Shown here piece by piece: positions 48,242-48,924 of a DNA stretch of 48,924 nucleotides (its first letter is position 1; every line of letters begins with the position of its first letter). Under the pieces are notes generated by a model, which saw only the letters and a list, made by a program, of their open reading frames with translations, ran no database searches and was not told the DNA's origin. The position numbers and the translations under genes are program-made. Origin of the DNA: an uncultured Afifella sp. (lineage in GTDB: Bacteria; Pseudomonadota; Alphaproteobacteria; Rhizobiales; Afifellaceae); the NCBI GenBank assembly GCA_947259045.1, contig CAMYKZ010000019.1, positions 1-48,924 of the forward strand. Reading direction: 5' to 3'.

Positions 48242-48697
48242 TCATGCGCCGGTCGAACCGAAGCCGCCGGCGCCGCGTTCGGTCTCATCGAGATTGTCTG
48301 CGGCGATCATCTGCACCCGGGTTACCGGCGCGATTACCATCTGGGCGATGCGCATGCCGCGTTCGATGACAAACGGTTCATCGCCGTGATTGATCAGGAT
48401 CACCTTCACTTCGCCGCGATAATCGGCGTCGATCGTGCCGGGGCTGTTGAGCACGGTCACGCCGTGTTTTGCCGCAAGCCCGGAGCGCGGCCGCACCTGT
48501 GCCTCGTGGCCGTCCGGCAGCGCCATGGCAAGACCAGTCGGCACCAGGGCCCTTTGGCCGGGCGCAAGAATCAAGGGCTCGCCGGTATTGACGGCAGCGC
48601 GCAGATCCAGCCCCGCCGCCGACGCACTTTCATAGGCCGGCGGCTCAAGACCCTTGCCGTGCGGCAGGGTTAGATAACGGACGGGCGGCGACGCCAT
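48242..48697 (-). CDS. dut: dUTP diphosphatase
   Basis: [18 protein letters not shown] and [10 protein letters not shown] are dUTPase motifs. 151 aa. The ATG overlaps the coaBC stop (ATGA). Confidence 0.9.
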   Translation of the reverse strand: MASPPVRYLTLPHGKGLEPPAYESASAAGLDLRAAVNTGEPLILAPGQRALVPTGLAMALPDGHEAQVRPRSGLAAKHGVTVLNSPGTIDADYRGEVKVILINHGDEPFVIERGMRIAQMVIAPVTRVQMIAADNLDETERGAGGFGSTGA

Positions 48698-48924
48698 CAG
48701 GCGTTTTTTTTCTGCAAGGCGGCAATTGCCTTTTCAACCAGCCGCGCGGCGACATCGCCCTTGGCCATCTCAGGCCAGTCCTCGACACCTTCCGCCGTGA
48801 CAAGATGCACCTTGTTTTGCGTTCCACCCATAATGCCGGTTTCCGGCGAGACATCATTGGCGACGATCCAGTCGCAGCCCTTGCGCGCCAGTTTGCCTTT
48901 GGCGTGCTCAAGCACATCGTTTGT
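48697..48924 (-). CDS. coaBC: Phosphopantothenoylcysteine decarboxylase / phosphopantothenate--cysteine ligase, C-terminal end (partial; 5' part lies beyond the window)
   Basis: [20 protein letters not shown]...KVHLV is the C-terminus of the CoaB domain. Classic coaBC-dut order. Confidence 0.8.
   Translation of the reverse strand, partial: TNDVLEHAKGKLARKGCDWIVANDVSPETGIMGGTQNKVHLVTAEGVEDWPEMAKGDVAARLVEKAIAALQKKNA

Noticed and set aside
1-48924. Mobile elements, prophage, integrative island or defence system
   Set aside because: I saw no integrase, transposase, recombinase, phage structural genes, tRNA attachment sites or restriction/abortive-infection-like genes. The gene order is typical conserved alphaproteobacterial chromosome. 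The only compositional anomaly is the short AT-rich intergenic block at 1140-1500.

Overview
This is a 48.9 kb, high-GC (~62%) chromosomal segment that looks alphaproteobacterial, most likely Rhizobiales, judging by gene content, synteny and codon usage. It is almost entirely core housekeeping on both strands. I saw no rRNA or tRNA genes, CRISPR array, integrase/transposase or prophage signature.

Gene order, left to right:
- partial membrane sensor (-)
- PstS-like periplasmic binding protein (-)
- a 1359-aa multidomain membrane protein (-)
- pheT, pheS, rplT, rpmI, infC (all -)
- glycosyltransferase (-) and alpha/beta hydrolase (+)
- the conserved trpF-trpB-trpA-accD-folC cluster (+), with overlapping start/stop codons
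- trxA, addA, addB, murU-like nucleotidyltransferase, tsaE/AmgK-like kinase fusion, multi-PAS histidine kinase, ahcY, FMN reductase, dnaJ, dnaK (all -)
- DUF2029/GT87-like membrane protein (-), alkB (+)
- a small accessory-like stretch (+): pspA-like, yiaAB-like, ridA, histidine phosphatase, lipoprotein, PepSY-like secreted protein; then a VOC/glyoxalase (-) and an SPFH/flotillin-like protein (+)
- DUF2244-like membrane protein (-), nth (+), HD-GYP (-)
- a TauE/SafE gene with an in-frame stop (-), dut (-), and the 3' end of coaBC (-)

The most unusual element is the 1359-aa ORF. It fuses TM helices, two rhodanese domains, a YidC/Oxa1-like insertase core, and an ATP-grasp (PPDK_N) domain plus a PEP-utilizer phospho-His swivel domain, with no PEP/pyruvate TIM barrel. 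That resembles a rifampin-phosphotransferase-like module. I do not recognise this combination as a described family.

Other points worth a look:
- infC appears to start at AUU behind a strong AAGGAG Shine-Dalgarno sequence.
- A near-perfect AT-rich palindrome sits upstream of ahcY and could be an operator.
- A 13-bp tandem repeat begins inside the yiaAB-like stop codon.
- An AT-rich ~320 bp block lies between the binding-protein gene and the giant ORF.
- A TauE/SafE gene is interrupted by an in-frame TAA.

Many long ORFs antisense to real genes are high-GC artefacts and were rejected.
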